Positions 18,734 through 29,031 of a DNA stretch of 64,000 nucleotides are shown piece by piece (within the stretch, counting starts at the first letter, position 1; each line of letters begins with the position of its first letter). The position numbers and the translations under genes are program-made. The notes below the pieces were generated by a model. That model was not told the DNA's origin, did not search any database, and saw only the letters and a program-made list of their open reading frames with translations. The DNA is from a virus. The stretch covers positions 89,149-153,148 of the IMG/VR virus record IMGVR_UViG_3300042562_001598; one strand, written 5' to 3'.

Positions 18734-19045
18734 TTGAAATTATGTTTATCTTTGAAAAAAATAAATGAGATGACAACTACAAAATTTAATATAAGAATTG
18801 AGAACGAGAAATTTGGTTCATTGTTGAATGAGACATTCATTGATGCAACACAATTCAAATTATTCTTGAAGATGATTCAAGGTTGTATTGCCTTGAAAAA
18901 CGATTTAACATTCTTTAACGGAACCGACTTCTTGGTTCATATCCCTAATAGAATTTTAGTTGATTCTATTATTGTAACTAATAATGTTGAATATGATTTG
19001 GCTGACCATATGAGAAGTAAGGTGGAGGCTTTGGTGACTAAATAA
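18734..19045 (+). CDS. hypothetical protein
   Basis: 103-aa ORF. Confidence 0.4.
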   Translation: MKLCLSLKKINEMTTTKFNIRIENEKFGSLLNETFIDATQFKLFLKMIQGCIALKNDLTFFNGTDFLVHIPNRILVDSIIVTNNVEYDLADHMRSKVEALVTK

Positions 19046-19054
19046 AATTGACTA

Positions 19055-19561
19055 ATGGGGAAAATTATCTTATTATTTTTTACAATAAACTTTTGTTATG
19101 GTTTTAATATATTTATTGTTAAAGACATAACTATGGGTAAGAAATTTATAATTACGGAAGAAGAAAAGAACGAAATAAAAACATTATATAACATTAATGA
19201 ACAAGGTAATACTTTTGTTAAAAGATACAATAAGTTTATTACTTATGTTGATGATATGAAAAGTGTTGAAAATGGGGGAGACTTCATTGTTAAGTTTAGT
19301 AATGGACTTGTGTTTATAACTAATATGGGTAATTCAAAAATGGTTCAGTTCGCTCAAGATGGAGGTGTTACTAAAGGAACTATGGAGGGTAAAGAATATC
19401 AAATGATTGAGTGTAAACAATCGGATGGAAAAGATGTTGTATTTTTATTGTTCAACGATGGGAAACTAAGGGTATCATTAACATCTTTAATAATAAAACA
19501 AATGGAACTAACTGATATTCCTAATAATCCTGAAGAGAATTACATTGAATTCTACAAATAA
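19055..19561 (+). CDS. hypothetical protein; true start probably internal Met at about 19133 (MGKKFIITEEEK)
   Basis: N-terminus paralogous to 14844 ORF (MKNRFIISEEEK). Confidence 0.4.
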   Translation: MGKIILLFFTINFCYGFNIFIVKDITMGKKFIITEEEKNEIKTLYNINEQGNTFVKRYNKFITYVDDMKSVENGGDFIVKFSNGLVFITNMGNSKMVQFAQDGGVTKGTMEGKEYQMIECKQSDGKDVVFLLFNDGKLRVSLTSLIIKQMELTDIPNNPEENYIEFYK

Positions 19562-19587
19562 TAGTTTGCTTATTTATATAAAATAAG

Positions 19588-20019
19588 ATGGTGGAGTGGT
19601 TAACTTATGTTGACCCCAAAAAAAAGGAGGTAACTATTACCTCTTTTTTCTTTTTTATTATATTTATAAATATGAAAGTCATTATTACAGAGAATAGAAT
19701 ATATAATATTGCTAAAAAAGAGTTAACCAAGAAGTTTGGTGATTTAATTCTGTTTAAGGATGAAAAATTCCCAAATAGGGTTTTCTATATTGACGAACAA
19801 CAAAAAGTTTATTTTGATAATAATAAAATTGATGATAATGTCAGAATTAATTATCATATTTTTGGACCATTTTTAGAAGACACCTTTCAATTTGAGTATG
19901 AACAAATACTACAAGTTACAAAGGAATGGTTAGAGGAACATTACAATTTAGAAATAAATAAATTATACGCGGTTAATCCTATTACTGAGATTCGTTGGAG
20001 AAATATTACGAATAGATAA
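19588..20019 (+). CDS. hypothetical protein, family with 25857-26249; start probably internal (MKVIITENRIY, about 19669)
   Basis: shared ELTKKFGDLI, EWLEEHYNLE segments with 25857 ORF. Confidence 0.45.
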   Translation: MVEWLTYVDPKKKEVTITSFFFFIIFINMKVIITENRIYNIAKKELTKKFGDLILFKDEKFPNRVFYIDEQQKVYFDNNKIDDNVRINYHIFGPFLEDTFQFEYEQILQVTKEWLEEHYNLEINKLYAVNPITEIRWRNITNR

Positions 20020-20036
20020 AATAAATAAAAAACAAT

Positions 20037-20354
20037 ATGGGAAATATAATTATCACAGAAAAACAATTAAACTTATTGGTTGATAAGTTTAAGAACAATA
20101 TAAATGAAGAACACGAAGGTGGTTCTTACATGGCTAAAGAACAACTATACACTATAGCGACTTTAGCTATGAAGATGTGGGAAAAAATGGAAGATGGTGA
20201 CCAATTAGAGGATTGGCAAGAAACTAAAATCGCACAATCAGAACAATCAATAATATCTGTTGTTAAACATTTTATGTATGGTGAAACTGAAACCAAAGAT
20301 ACTAATAGTGGTATGGATAGATTAGATTTTGGTGATATTATAATAGGTCAATAA
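20037..20354 (+). CDS. hypothetical protein (MGNIIITEKQL N-terminal module)
   Basis: 105-aa ORF. Confidence 0.4.
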   Translation: MGNIIITEKQLNLLVDKFKNNINEEHEGGSYMAKEQLYTIATLAMKMWEKMEDGDQLEDWQETKIAQSEQSIISVVKHFMYGETETKDTNSGMDRLDFGDIIIGQ

Positions 20355-20373
20355 ATAATAAAAAAATAAAAAT

Positions 20374-20982
20374 ATGAGTGATATCACAAAACAATTCAAG
20401 GATAATTTAGCTAAAGAAGTTAACAAGACGGTTATTAACGAAAAAATGTCAAAAGAGACTGGTTCTGATAATACATTAACAAATGTTAACAACATTGCAG
20501 TTTATCTATTGGATGATAAAACAATAAAAATCATTACTGAAAGAATTAAAGATGAGTATGCCGCTCATTATTATTACAGAGCTGCAGCTAATTGGTGTAG
20601 AGATATGAATTATAAAAAAGCTGCTGAATTCTTCTCTAATGAAGCTGACGATGAGTTAACTCACGCAAAAACATTACAGGAGTATATGGTTGATTTTAAT
20701 ATTATACCTGAAATACCTCAAGCTAAAATTAAACACGAATTTAATAATTTAATAGATGTTGTTTATGGTGCTTATAAAATGGAGTTGGGTCTTATGAATT
20801 CTTATAATAAAAACTCGCAAGAGTTATTTAATAGTGATATCACTACTTACGATTTATTTACTAAATTCAGAAAAATACAAAAAAATGCGGTTGTTGAATA
20901 TAATGATTTGATTAACGCAAGTAACTTAATTGATAAGAAAGATAAATTTCAAGTTCTTTATTTTGAACAGACTTATTTTTAA
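20374..20982 (+). CDS. ferritin-like protein
   Basis: AAHYYYRAAANWCRDMNYKKAAEFFSNEADDELTHAKTLQEYM resembles ferritin/Dps helix pairs with E..H ligands. Confidence 0.45.
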   Translation: MSDITKQFKDNLAKEVNKTVINEKMSKETGSDNTLTNVNNIAVYLLDDKTIKIITERIKDEYAAHYYYRAAANWCRDMNYKKAAEFFSNEADDELTHAKTLQEYMVDFNIIPEIPQAKIKHEFNNLIDVVYGAYKMELGLMNSYNKNSQELFNSDITTYDLFTKFRKIQKNAVVEYNDLINASNLIDKKDKFQVLYFEQTYF

Positions 20983-20986
20983 TTAA

Positions 20987-21424
20987 ATGGAAAAAGTTTT
21001 CTTTGGTCAAGACTATCAATTTGGGCATTGCCACTATTTCGCTGAATACTTGAAAAAAGTATTTGAAAAGGTATTACCTAATGAGGAGATAAAGTATCAT
21101 TTAATATTAGCTGAAAGAACTGATAGACAAGGTGAAAACATTGACGATGTATTGGTTCATGCTTATCTTAAAGTTGGTGGTTATTTAATTGACTCTGAAG
21201 GTGTGTATGATATTTCTATTGCTTCAGAGAGGGAAAAAGACTGGGCGGATAAAGAAAAAGATTTAACACCGGATGGTTATAATTTTGAGACCTGGGAAGA
21301 AGAATCCGATGAGATACCAGAATTTTACTTTAATAGATTTTGTTCAAAGAATAAACTAAAACAAGATGTTATTGATTTTATAAAACGAGATGATGTTGAA
21401 GAATTAATAAACAGTTTAAGATAA
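20987..21424 (+). CDS. hypothetical acidic protein
   Basis: 145-aa ORF. Confidence 0.4.
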   Translation: MEKVFFGQDYQFGHCHYFAEYLKKVFEKVLPNEEIKYHLILAERTDRQGENIDDVLVHAYLKVGGYLIDSEGVYDISIASEREKDWADKEKDLTPDGYNFETWEEESDEIPEFYFNRFCSKNKLKQDVIDFIKRDDVEELINSLR

Positions 21425-21488
21425 CAATTAAAAATTATTACCAGCCAAATGTTACTATTAATTAATACATTTGGCTGACAATAAAAAA

Positions 21489-21515
21489 CCCATTCATAAC
21501 GAATGGGTTTTTTTT
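21489..21515. terminator. bidirectional intrinsic terminator (cccattcataacgaatggg + T8)
   Basis: perfect hairpin between convergent genes. Confidence 0.6.
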
Positions 21516-22119
21516 ATAGTGTGCGATATTTTGTATAGTCAGTTGATGTTGGTTTTTCATTCTTAAAGTAATAGATTTCAACCTTATTACTATATCTTAT
21601 TTTTTTATAATAACCATCAGGAACAACACCACCGGTTTTTAGTCTAATTGATTTTAATGAGAATATACATTGGATTTCAACATATACCTTAAACTTTTGG
21701 GATAAGTCCCTCTCATGTTGTTCTAAAAGTCTCCAGGTGGTTCTATTTAATGTTTGTTCTTGTAACGAACAATTCAAGTATGAGAATGTTTTACGTAACA
21801 TTTCTTTGGAACAATTAAAGTCGGCAGCCGCAGCCATATGACCTTTATCCCATATATTGTTTTTATAATCCTTATCGTCTGATGTCTTTATACTATCATT
21901 AGTGTAGAAATCCATACCAGTTCTTGATACTTTACCATTCGGACATAATACACTATATTTAACTAATTTTGGTTGTTCTAATACTTCAGAATATACAACC
22001 TCAAATATGTCACTTTTTACGGTAATATTATCTCTTAATTTCTTTTGAGAATAAACGGATAAGGATAAAAGGGTTACTAAGGTTAAAAATATTGTTTTCA
22101 TATACATAAATATCGTCAC
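21514..22119 (-). CDS. secreted DNA/RNA non-specific endonuclease (Serratia NucA/EndoG family)
   Basis: signal peptide MKTIFLTLVTLLSLSVYSQ; DKGHMAAAADF (DRGH-type active site) ... N. Confidence 0.55.
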   Translation of the reverse strand: MTIFMYMKTIFLTLVTLLSLSVYSQKKLRDNITVKSDIFEVVYSEVLEQPKLVKYSVLCPNGKVSRTGMDFYTNDSIKTSDDKDYKNNIWDKGHMAAAADFNCSKEMLRKTFSYLNCSLQEQTLNRTTWRLLEQHERDLSQKFKVYVEIQCIFSLKSIRLKTGGVVPDGYYKKIRYSNKVEIYYFKNEKPTSTDYTKYRTL

Positions 22120-22149
22120 TTCACTATATTTATTACTAAACTGATTGTA

Positions 22150-23760
22150 ATGAATTTAATAAAATCAATAAAAGCTTTAATAACTGAAGCGTCAAAGAAG
22201 AAAATCCTAATGGATAAACTTGGGTTTAATGAAAACCAAGCGGAAATGTTAGATAGTTTATGTGGACCCTTAGCTGTATGGATGGGTAATAAATTACTTA
22301 AGTTTTTTTCTGATTATCATGGGGGTATGACTCAAGAATTAAACCCTGAAGAATTAAAAAAGACATCAATTAATTTGGTTAATCAAAACAATTTAGTTCG
22401 CAGACAACGAGAACAAATAGTATCCATTATGGATTATATTAGAGTTGGGTTAGACGGAAATGTTTCAACGATTAAAGATTTATTTTATGATGAGTTATAT
22501 AACGAATCAAATCAGTGGCATCAATCTTTGGGAACCAAAGATGGTGATATTAATTATAAAGAAGAACATCCTATTGTTGTTGATTTTAGAAATGAAGATG
22601 GTCTTGGGTTTTATTGGGTTGATACAGAAACTAATGATTGTTCGGAAGAATCCCGGAGAATGGGACATTGTGGTAGAACAGATAGAAGTAATAGCGTTTA
22701 TTCTTTGAGAGAATTTAAGAAACTTAAAGATAAATATACGATTAACAAAAGTCACTTGACTGCGGCGATTGGTGATAGAGATGGTATATTATACCAATTA
22801 AAGGGTCCTCACAACTCAAAACCGAAAGAAGAATACCATAACTACATATTACCATTGTTTTATGTTTTGGGGGGTGATGGTGGAGAAGCTGGATACTTAA
22901 TTCAAGGGTTTGGTTCAGAATATCAAAGTCAAGAAGATTTCAAGCTTACTGATTTACCTGAAGAGGTGCTAAAATCATTATATAGTAATAGACCTGAATT
23001 GTTTAACACAAGAAGTTTAAAGAACAAATTAGCAGAATTAGGTCTTATAGAAAAACCTGAGTACGATTATAATGTAACCATTGATATTGACCCAGGTCGT
23101 CTTTCATATTATATTGATGGTGATTATAAAGTGGGAAGTTATAAAAAGAAAACACCTGCTGGTAATGATTATAGTGTTGATGTTTTTTTATTTGATAAAA
23201 TAATGGGTGGTGATACCTGGGAATTTTGTGGTTCAGATTCTGATGATTGGTCTGGTGCTCTACAATATTATGTGAATAGTGAAAACGAAAAGCGAATTGA
23301 GGAAATGGTTAAGGAAATGGCTTCAAGTAATAATCCAGATTTTGATGAGGATGAATTTAACGAATTAAGTCTTGATGAAAAAATTGAGGAATATGATGAA
23401 GATTACGATATTAGAAACGCTTTAAACAGGGCTTATGATGATGCTTGTTGTAGTGAATATACTGATTATTTGTATGATACATTAAGAGGTGCGGTTGAGG
23501 AGTATGGTAAGATTATTAGATTTGATGATGAACGAGTTATTTTTGAGGTTAATATAGAAAGTTATATAAATGAACTTGATGATGAGATTTTTGACGAACA
23601 TCTTGAAAACTGTAATGATGATTTAGCATGTGTTTTTGAGGAGATGATTGGTCAAGGTGATGTTGATAAACCTGAATATAGTACTGACGACCGGTGGTCT
23701 CCGGATATTGATTATGGAAACTATAATGAAATATTGAGTGACCGACTATCGGATATATAA
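22150..23760 (+). CDS. hypothetical protein (536 aa, acidic C-terminus)
   Basis: long ORF. Confidence 0.5.
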   Translation: MNLIKSIKALITEASKKKILMDKLGFNENQAEMLDSLCGPLAVWMGNKLLKFFSDYHGGMTQELNPEELKKTSINLVNQNNLVRRQREQIVSIMDYIRVGLDGNVSTIKDLFYDELYNESNQWHQSLGTKDGDINYKEEHPIVVDFRNEDGLGFYWVDTETNDCSEESRRMGHCGRTDRSNSVYSLREFKKLKDKYTINKSHLTAAIGDRDGILYQLKGPHNSKPKEEYHNYILPLFYVLGGDGGEAGYLIQGFGSEYQSQEDFKLTDLPEEVLKSLYSNRPELFNTRSLKNKLAELGLIEKPEYDYNVTIDIDPGRLSYYIDGDYKVGSYKKKTPAGNDYSVDVFLFDKIMGGDTWEFCGSDSDDWSGALQYYVNSENEKRIEEMVKEMASSNNPDFDEDEFNELSLDEKIEEYDEDYDIRNALNRAYDDACCSEYTDYLYDTLRGAVEEYGKIIRFDDERVIFEVNIESYINELDDEIFDEHLENCNDDLACVFEEMIGQGDVDKPEYSTDDRWSPDIDYGNYNEILSDRLSDI

Positions 23761-23892
23761 TTTGACTTTCAACTAAAATTGATTATTATTCTTCTTCATT
23801 AAAGAAATGATTATGGAAAGAGAATATAGAAAAGGAACAATTTTTTTAGTAAGTTTAATGATTATTATAATAACAACTTTACTCATAATATT

Positions 23893-24114
23893 ATGAAATA
23901 TTTGATAAATACAAAAGACAAAACAATAACCCTATTGGATAGTGGTGATAATCTTACAGATGTTAAGGGTTTATTGGAAACCTTCAAGGACTATACTTTG
24001 ACACCAAATATTGATAATACGGAGAATAAAACGACTATTAAACCTAAAAAAATACATCCAGTATCATATAGAGAAGGTTATATTGATGGTATTCAGTCAG
24101 TTGTAGGTAATTAG
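23893..24114 (+). CDS. small protein, C-terminus REGYIDGIQSVVGN shared with 24404-24727
   Basis: 3' end lies in 290-bp direct repeat. Confidence 0.4.
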   Translation: MKYLINTKDKTITLLDSGDNLTDVKGLLETFKDYTLTPNIDNTENKTTIKPKKIHPVSYREGYIDGIQSVVGN

Positions 24115-24340
24115 AATTTTTTTTATAAAATAATTCACTTTTGTTTTGGTGGAATGGAATTTAATTGTATTTTTGTGGTGTAGAAATGAAACAACAACCA
24201 TAAAAAAAATATAGAAATTATGAAAACTACTACCTTCACAATGCAAGAAATCTGGATGGCTTCAAGACCAAATGTTCAAAAGAACAAAAAGAAGTATGTG
24301 AGAAAAGATAAACACAAAAAAAACGAGAAATAATAATGAA
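24060..24340 (+). repeat. direct repeat copy 1 (about 285 bp, near-identical to 24690-24955)
   Basis: includes gene 3' end, terminator-like AT stretch, and 37-aa ORF MKTTTFTMQEIWMASRPNVQKNKKKYVRKDKHKKNEK (24221-24335). Confidence 0.7.
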
Positions 24341-24403
24341 CAAGTAAAAAAAGTTATTGAAACATTGCAAGCACTAATTCAATAATTTTATGTTTTATAC
24401 ACC

Positions 24404-24727
24404 TTGTTATGTTTAGTTAATTTTAATAATATGGATTTTACTGGAGCATATAAACATTATAATGAACAATTAAAAGAAAGATTTAATTCTGAAATCAGTA
24501 TTGAAGAGTATATTAATACTCGTGTATTTAAACGGACATTAAAGAAAAAATACGTTGGTAAATATGTAAGATACTTATTTGGTGATATTGTAAATGTTTA
24601 TTATGTTACGAAAAAATTTGAGTATCCAATAACTGTATATAAATTAGATAGATTTAACAAAGGTAAGATATTACGGACTTACCGAGAAGGTTATATTGAT
24701 GGTATCCAGTCAATTGTAGGTAATTAG
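24404..24727 (+). CDS. small protein paralog (same C-terminus REGYIDGIQSIVGN)
   Basis: 107-aa ORF. Confidence 0.4.
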   Translation: MLCLVNFNNMDFTGAYKHYNEQLKERFNSEISIEEYINTRVFKRTLKKKYVGKYVRYLFGDIVNVYYVTKKFEYPITVYKLDRFNKGKILRTYREGYIDGIQSIVGN

Positions 24728-24955
24728 AATTTTTTTTATAAAATAATTCACTTTTGTTTTGGTGGAATGAAATTTAGTTGTATTTTTGTGGTGTAGAAAT
24801 GAAACAACAACCATAAAAAAATATAGAAATTATGAAAACTACTACCTTCACAATGCAAGAAATCTGGATGGCTTCAAGACCAAATGTTCAAAAGAACAAA
24901 AAGAAGTATGTGAGAAAAGATAAACACAAAAAAAACGAGAAATAATAATGGCAAC
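24690..24955 (+). repeat. direct repeat copy 2
   Basis: near-identical to 24060-24340 incl. second copy of 37-aa ORF (24830-24945). Confidence 0.7.
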
Positions 24956-25226
24956 ATTAGAAACTCAATATAGGAACTATTTATTAGATAATCCTAATTC
25001 TCAAATAACTTTTGAGCAATGGAAAAGTGATATATTGATGCCCCCAATTAAAGTTACCTTAAAGGACATAGATAAGAAGTTAAAAGAAGATTTCTTACGG
25101 TCAAAGGGTTGGTCAACTGTATGGCATGATGACAATTGGGTTGATAATCAAAATCCTGATTTAGTTGGGACGACATTAGACAAGGCTTATCAATATGCTA
25201 AAGAGAATTTAGACTTATATATGTAA
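24948..25226 (+). CDS. hypothetical small protein
   Basis: 92-aa ORF. Confidence 0.4.
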   Translation: MATLETQYRNYLLDNPNSQITFEQWKSDILMPPIKVTLKDIDKKLKEDFLRSKGWSTVWHDDNWVDNQNPDLVGTTLDKAYQYAKENLDLYM

Positions 25227-25254
25227 GTCATAACAAGTTAAAAAAAAATAGAAG

Positions 25255-25500
25255 ATGAGTAAACCAATTTTTATTGTTAGATTTCCTTATTACACTAGTG
25301 AGGAGAATGCGTTGAAACAGATTACACAAATAAAACAAAGTAACATCAGTGAGGAGTATAACATTTTGGGTATTAAGGATGATACTTTAGATGGTGGTGT
25401 TAAATTTGAGTGTTATAATTCTGAGTATACAGAAATTGAGTTTAAGGCGTTAGAGGAGCGAGTTTTAACCCTTATGGATAAAACTGATGATGTAATATAG
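25255..25500 (+). CDS. hypothetical small protein
   Basis: 81-aa ORF. Confidence 0.35.
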   Translation: MSKPIFIVRFPYYTSEENALKQITQIKQSNISEEYNILGIKDDTLDGGVKFECYNSEYTEIEFKALEERVLTLMDKTDDVI

Positions 25501-25502
25501 TA

Positions 25503-25685
25503 ATGGAAGAATTAGATAAGCATGACGCCTACAATTGGATTGTAGGTGTTATTCGTTCTTGCGATACGCTGGAACAATTTGAAACTACTGAGAATTTGGT
25601 TTTAAACTTTAATAATTTATTTCAGGACGAGGTATTATATAATGAGTTAATGGAAATGTTGGACTATTATAAGATAAAAGAATAA
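25503..25685 (+). CDS. hypothetical small protein
   Basis: 60-aa ORF. Confidence 0.3.
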   Translation: MEELDKHDAYNWIVGVIRSCDTLEQFETTENLVLNFNNLFQDEVLYNELMEMLDYYKIKE

Positions 25686-25856
25686 TATGAGAAGATTGTT
25701 GTGTTTTTTAGGGTTCCATAATTGGAGAAATATTCAGAATGAGAAACCTGATGCTATTGATGGTGAGAAAATACATTATGTTAATTTACATATTTGTGAG
25801 GGATGTGATAAATATTCTGGTAAATATATGGGTTATGTTACAAAATAATAGAAATT

Positions 25857-26249
25857 ATGAAAGTGATTATCACTGAAAGACAAAGAAAACTATTATCCGA
25901 AGACGAGGATAGAGATTTTTTAGTTAAGAAAAAAATTGCAAAAAAAGAATTAACAAAACGCTTTGGTGATTTGATACCTTATGAGACCAAAGATATTCCT
26001 GATTACTTTTTTTATATTGATGAAAATAAAAATATTTATTTTGAGTGTAATAAAAAAAATGGTGAAGTCTGGGTAGATAATAAAACAATTAGGTCATTTT
26101 TAAAAGAAATTTTTTCATTTAATTACAAACAAATTCAACAGGTTATAAAAGAATGGTTGGGAGAACATTACAAATTAGATGTGACAAAAACCATCAGGTC
26201 TCCCAATACTGTGCATCAATATGTTGCGAGAACATTACAAAATAAATAA
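25857..26249 (+). CDS. hypothetical protein, paralog of 19588-20019 family
   Basis: MKVIITERQRKLL...ELTKRFGDLIPY...IKEWLGEHYKLDV. Confidence 0.45.
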   Translation: MKVIITERQRKLLSEDEDRDFLVKKKIAKKELTKRFGDLIPYETKDIPDYFFYIDENKNIYFECNKKNGEVWVDNKTIRSFLKEIFSFNYKQIQQVIKEWLGEHYKLDVTKTIRSPNTVHQYVARTLQNK

Positions 26250-26256
26250 TTGATAT

Positions 26257-26631
26257 ATGAATAGATTACCTGAAGGGGTTAAGAATTACCTAATTGATTT
26301 AGATGGGACTGTATGTGATGACATCCCCAATGAGGAGGCTTATAAGATGGCTACGGCTAAAGTTTATCCTGGTGCTTTAGAGACATTAAATAAATGGTAT
26401 GATGAGGGTCATATTATAACTTTTTTTACCTCTAGAACTGAAGAACATCGTGAGATGACTGAGACCTGGTTGAAAGAACATGGGTTTAAGTATCACGGGA
26501 TGGTTATGAATAAACCTAGGTTTGGTAATTATCACTGGATTGATAATCATATTGTAAGGGCTACTAGATATAATGGTGTGTGGTCTGACTTAGTTGAAAA
26601 GGAAATGAAGATTGAAGTTTTCAACGAATAA
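26257..26631 (+). CDS. HAD-superfamily phosphatase (nucleotidase-like)
   Basis: YLIDLDGTVCDD (DxDGT motif I); 124 aa. Confidence 0.5.
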   Translation: MNRLPEGVKNYLIDLDGTVCDDIPNEEAYKMATAKVYPGALETLNKWYDEGHIITFFTSRTEEHREMTETWLKEHGFKYHGMVMNKPRFGNYHWIDNHIVRATRYNGVWSDLVEKEMKIEVFNE

Positions 26632-26797
26632 ACGGAATTAATAATTAAAAAATGACTTGGAGAATTGAAAAAAGTGAGTATGATTGGCGAGTAGTTTATG
26701 ACGAAAAGACTAATAAAAATGTGGTTGAGATTGGTGCTCCATCAATGTATATGATTACTAAGGAGATGTTTTACGCTAAACAAAAATATGTTAATTA

Positions 26798-27004
26798 ATG
26801 TCAAAAAAAACTAAATATCTGATTTTATCTATTTGTATTATTGTTGTATTGTATATTGCAAATTACCAAAGGGGTACTTGGTTTGAGTGGATATTAATAA
26901 TTCCTACAATATATCTTATGTATTTCTTATTTACTCAGTTGAGTACAATCTTACTAATTGGATATTATAAACTTAAAAATAAAATTAATAGAAGAAAATT
27001 ATGA
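26798..27004 (+). CDS. small 2-TM membrane protein
   Basis: hydrophobic; paralog of next gene. Confidence 0.4.
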   Translation: MSKKTKYLILSICIIVVLYIANYQRGTWFEWILIIPTIYLMYFLFTQLSTILLIGYYKLKNKINRRKL

Positions 27005-27192
27005 AAGCAAATTTATTTATTACTTTAGGTTGTTTTATATCAATACTAGGGTTATCCTTTTTTCAAGAAGAAGAATGGTTTAGTTATGTAATTATTTTTC
27101 CTTTTTTGTATATCATTTATACATTTATAATTGGAATGATTTCATGGGTAAACAGAACTATTGAAAGATATAAAGAAGAAAAAAACAAATAA
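27001..27192 (+). CDS. small 2-TM membrane protein (paralog)
   Basis: ATGA overlap; similar topology. Confidence 0.4.
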   Translation: MKANLFITLGCFISILGLSFFQEEEWFSYVIIFPFLYIIYTFIIGMISWVNRTIERYKEEKNK

Positions 27193-27662
27193 TGAGAAAA
27201 CTTATTAAACAGGGAAATCACATCAGTAATTACATCCCCAAGTTAACATTCTCAAATAGTATAAAAGGTTTTGTAACCTTTGAGGGTGATTTTTCATATA
27301 CAATTGAAAAACAGAAAGACACCAATAAGTTAATTGGGTTATCTGATAACTGGTCTCACCATAAAGATAGTATCCGGATAGGATGGAGATGGAATACTAA
27401 AAGTGAATGTCTCGAATTGATGTCAATACTATATAGTGGTGGTAAACGAGAGATAAACTCTTTAATGTTATTACCTAATAACAAAAATGTTACAATTAAT
27501 TATGAAGTTGAGATTTTACCCGAACATTATAGTATTACTATTAATGGAAGTAATTTCTTAATTGATAGAACATCAAGTTGGTGTTTTATAAGAGTTGTGT
27601 TACAACCTTATTTTGGAGGAACCACTGTGGCTCCAAAAGATTTTAAGTTTAATTTCTTTTAA
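27192..27662 (+). CDS. hypothetical protein
   Basis: ATGA overlap. Confidence 0.4.
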   Translation: MRKLIKQGNHISNYIPKLTFSNSIKGFVTFEGDFSYTIEKQKDTNKLIGLSDNWSHHKDSIRIGWRWNTKSECLELMSILYSGGKREINSLMLLPNNKNVTINYEVEILPEHYSITINGSNFLIDRTSSWCFIRVVLQPYFGGTTVAPKDFKFNFF

Positions 27663-27743
27663 AAAATAACAAATAATTTTAACCCGGAGGTATTTAATCT
27701 TTGGGTTTTTTTATTTATATTTAATTATTAAAAATATATATAT

Positions 27744-28718
27744 ATGGGTAATAAAACATTAAAGGTGGTTAGTTTATTTTCAGGGTACGGAACACAAGAA
27801 TTGGCTCTGAAATATCTTGGGGTTAACTATGAGAATATTGCTAATTGTGATATCTTAAAATCGGCTAATGAAGCTTACGATAGTTTACATACTACAGAGT
27901 GTGGTAACTTGGGGGATGTGTCAAAGATTGATGAAACACAATTCCCGGATTGTGATTTCTTAACATATTCATTCCCATGTCAGGATATCTCAATCTCTGG
28001 TGTTCAGAAAGGTATTAAAAAAGGAACTAGGTCAGGTTTATTATTTGAGGTTGAACGAATCGTTGAATACAATAAACCAAAGTATTTGTTAATGGAGAAT
28101 GTTAAGAACTTGGTATCAAAAAACCATATTGAAGCGTTTTCTGAATACATTCGTAATTTGGAAGAATTGGGTTATGGAAATCACTGGATGATATTAAACG
28201 GAGCTGATTATGGTTGCCCCCAAAATAGAGAAAGGGTTTTTATGTTTTCTGTATTGGGTGAGAGTAATGAGGTTGTTCGTGAAAAAATGTTGGGGGTCTT
28301 GAACCTTAAGGAAGAAAGGGTTCCGATGAAATGTTATATTGAGGATGATGCTGATGAAAAGTTATTTATCAATCCCCCATTTGAGTGGAATGATTCCAAG
28401 GTAAAGTCGGTGTGTAAATTAATTGCTAGAAGAAGTGATATTAAGTATGACCAGACCCGTAGGATATATTCAACTGAAGCTTGTTCTCCTTGTTTAACAA
28501 CATCGGGTTCACCTCAGATAATGTTGGAGGATAAGAGAATAAGAACATTAACTGCAAGGGAAGGTTATCGTTTTATGGGTGTTAAAGATGAGGATATTGA
28601 TAAGTTATTGACAACCAAATTATCAACCAATCAACATATTGCTTTGGCTGGTAACTCAATATGTGTTCCGGTTATGAGTGCAATATTCCAACAATTCTTT
28701 GAGGAATATCAAAACTAA
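27744..28718 (+). CDS. DNA (cytosine-5)-methyltransferase (Dcm-like)
   Basis: motif I VVSLFSGYGTQ, motif IV FPCQDIS, motif VI LLMENVKNLV. Confidence 0.85.
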   Translation: MGNKTLKVVSLFSGYGTQELALKYLGVNYENIANCDILKSANEAYDSLHTTECGNLGDVSKIDETQFPDCDFLTYSFPCQDISISGVQKGIKKGTRSGLLFEVERIVEYNKPKYLLMENVKNLVSKNHIEAFSEYIRNLEELGYGNHWMILNGADYGCPQNRERVFMFSVLGESNEVVREKMLGVLNLKEERVPMKCYIEDDADEKLFINPPFEWNDSKVKSVCKLIARRSDIKYDQTRRIYSTEACSPCLTTSGSPQIMLEDKRIRTLTAREGYRFMGVKDEDIDKLLTTKLSTNQHIALAGNSICVPVMSAIFQQFFEEYQN

Positions 28719-28799
28719 AAAAAATGTGATAATATTAATCCCTGGACTTGTAGTTTGGGGATTTTTTATTTATATTTGTAGAGAAAAAAATATACAGTT

Positions 28800-29030
28800 A
28801 TGAAAAAAGAAAAACCAATATTGGAGAAACATACTAGAAAATCAATATCTGCGGGATTGAGACAATTTGATTTTTTAGCTAAAGACGATGATTTTATTGA
28901 AGTTACTCAATGGACTAATGGGGAAGGTTTTGATATTAATATTTCTTCTCAAGGTGAAAAGTATATTGCAATTACATACGGAGAATTTAAAGCAATTAAA
29001 GAAATGATTAAACAACTAAATAAAGAATAA
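28800..29030 (+). CDS. hypothetical small protein
   Basis: 76-aa ORF after terminator. Confidence 0.4.
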   Translation: MKKEKPILEKHTRKSISAGLRQFDFLAKDDDFIEVTQWTNGEGFDINISSQGEKYIAITYGEFKAIKEMIKQLNKE

Positions 29031-29031
29031 G

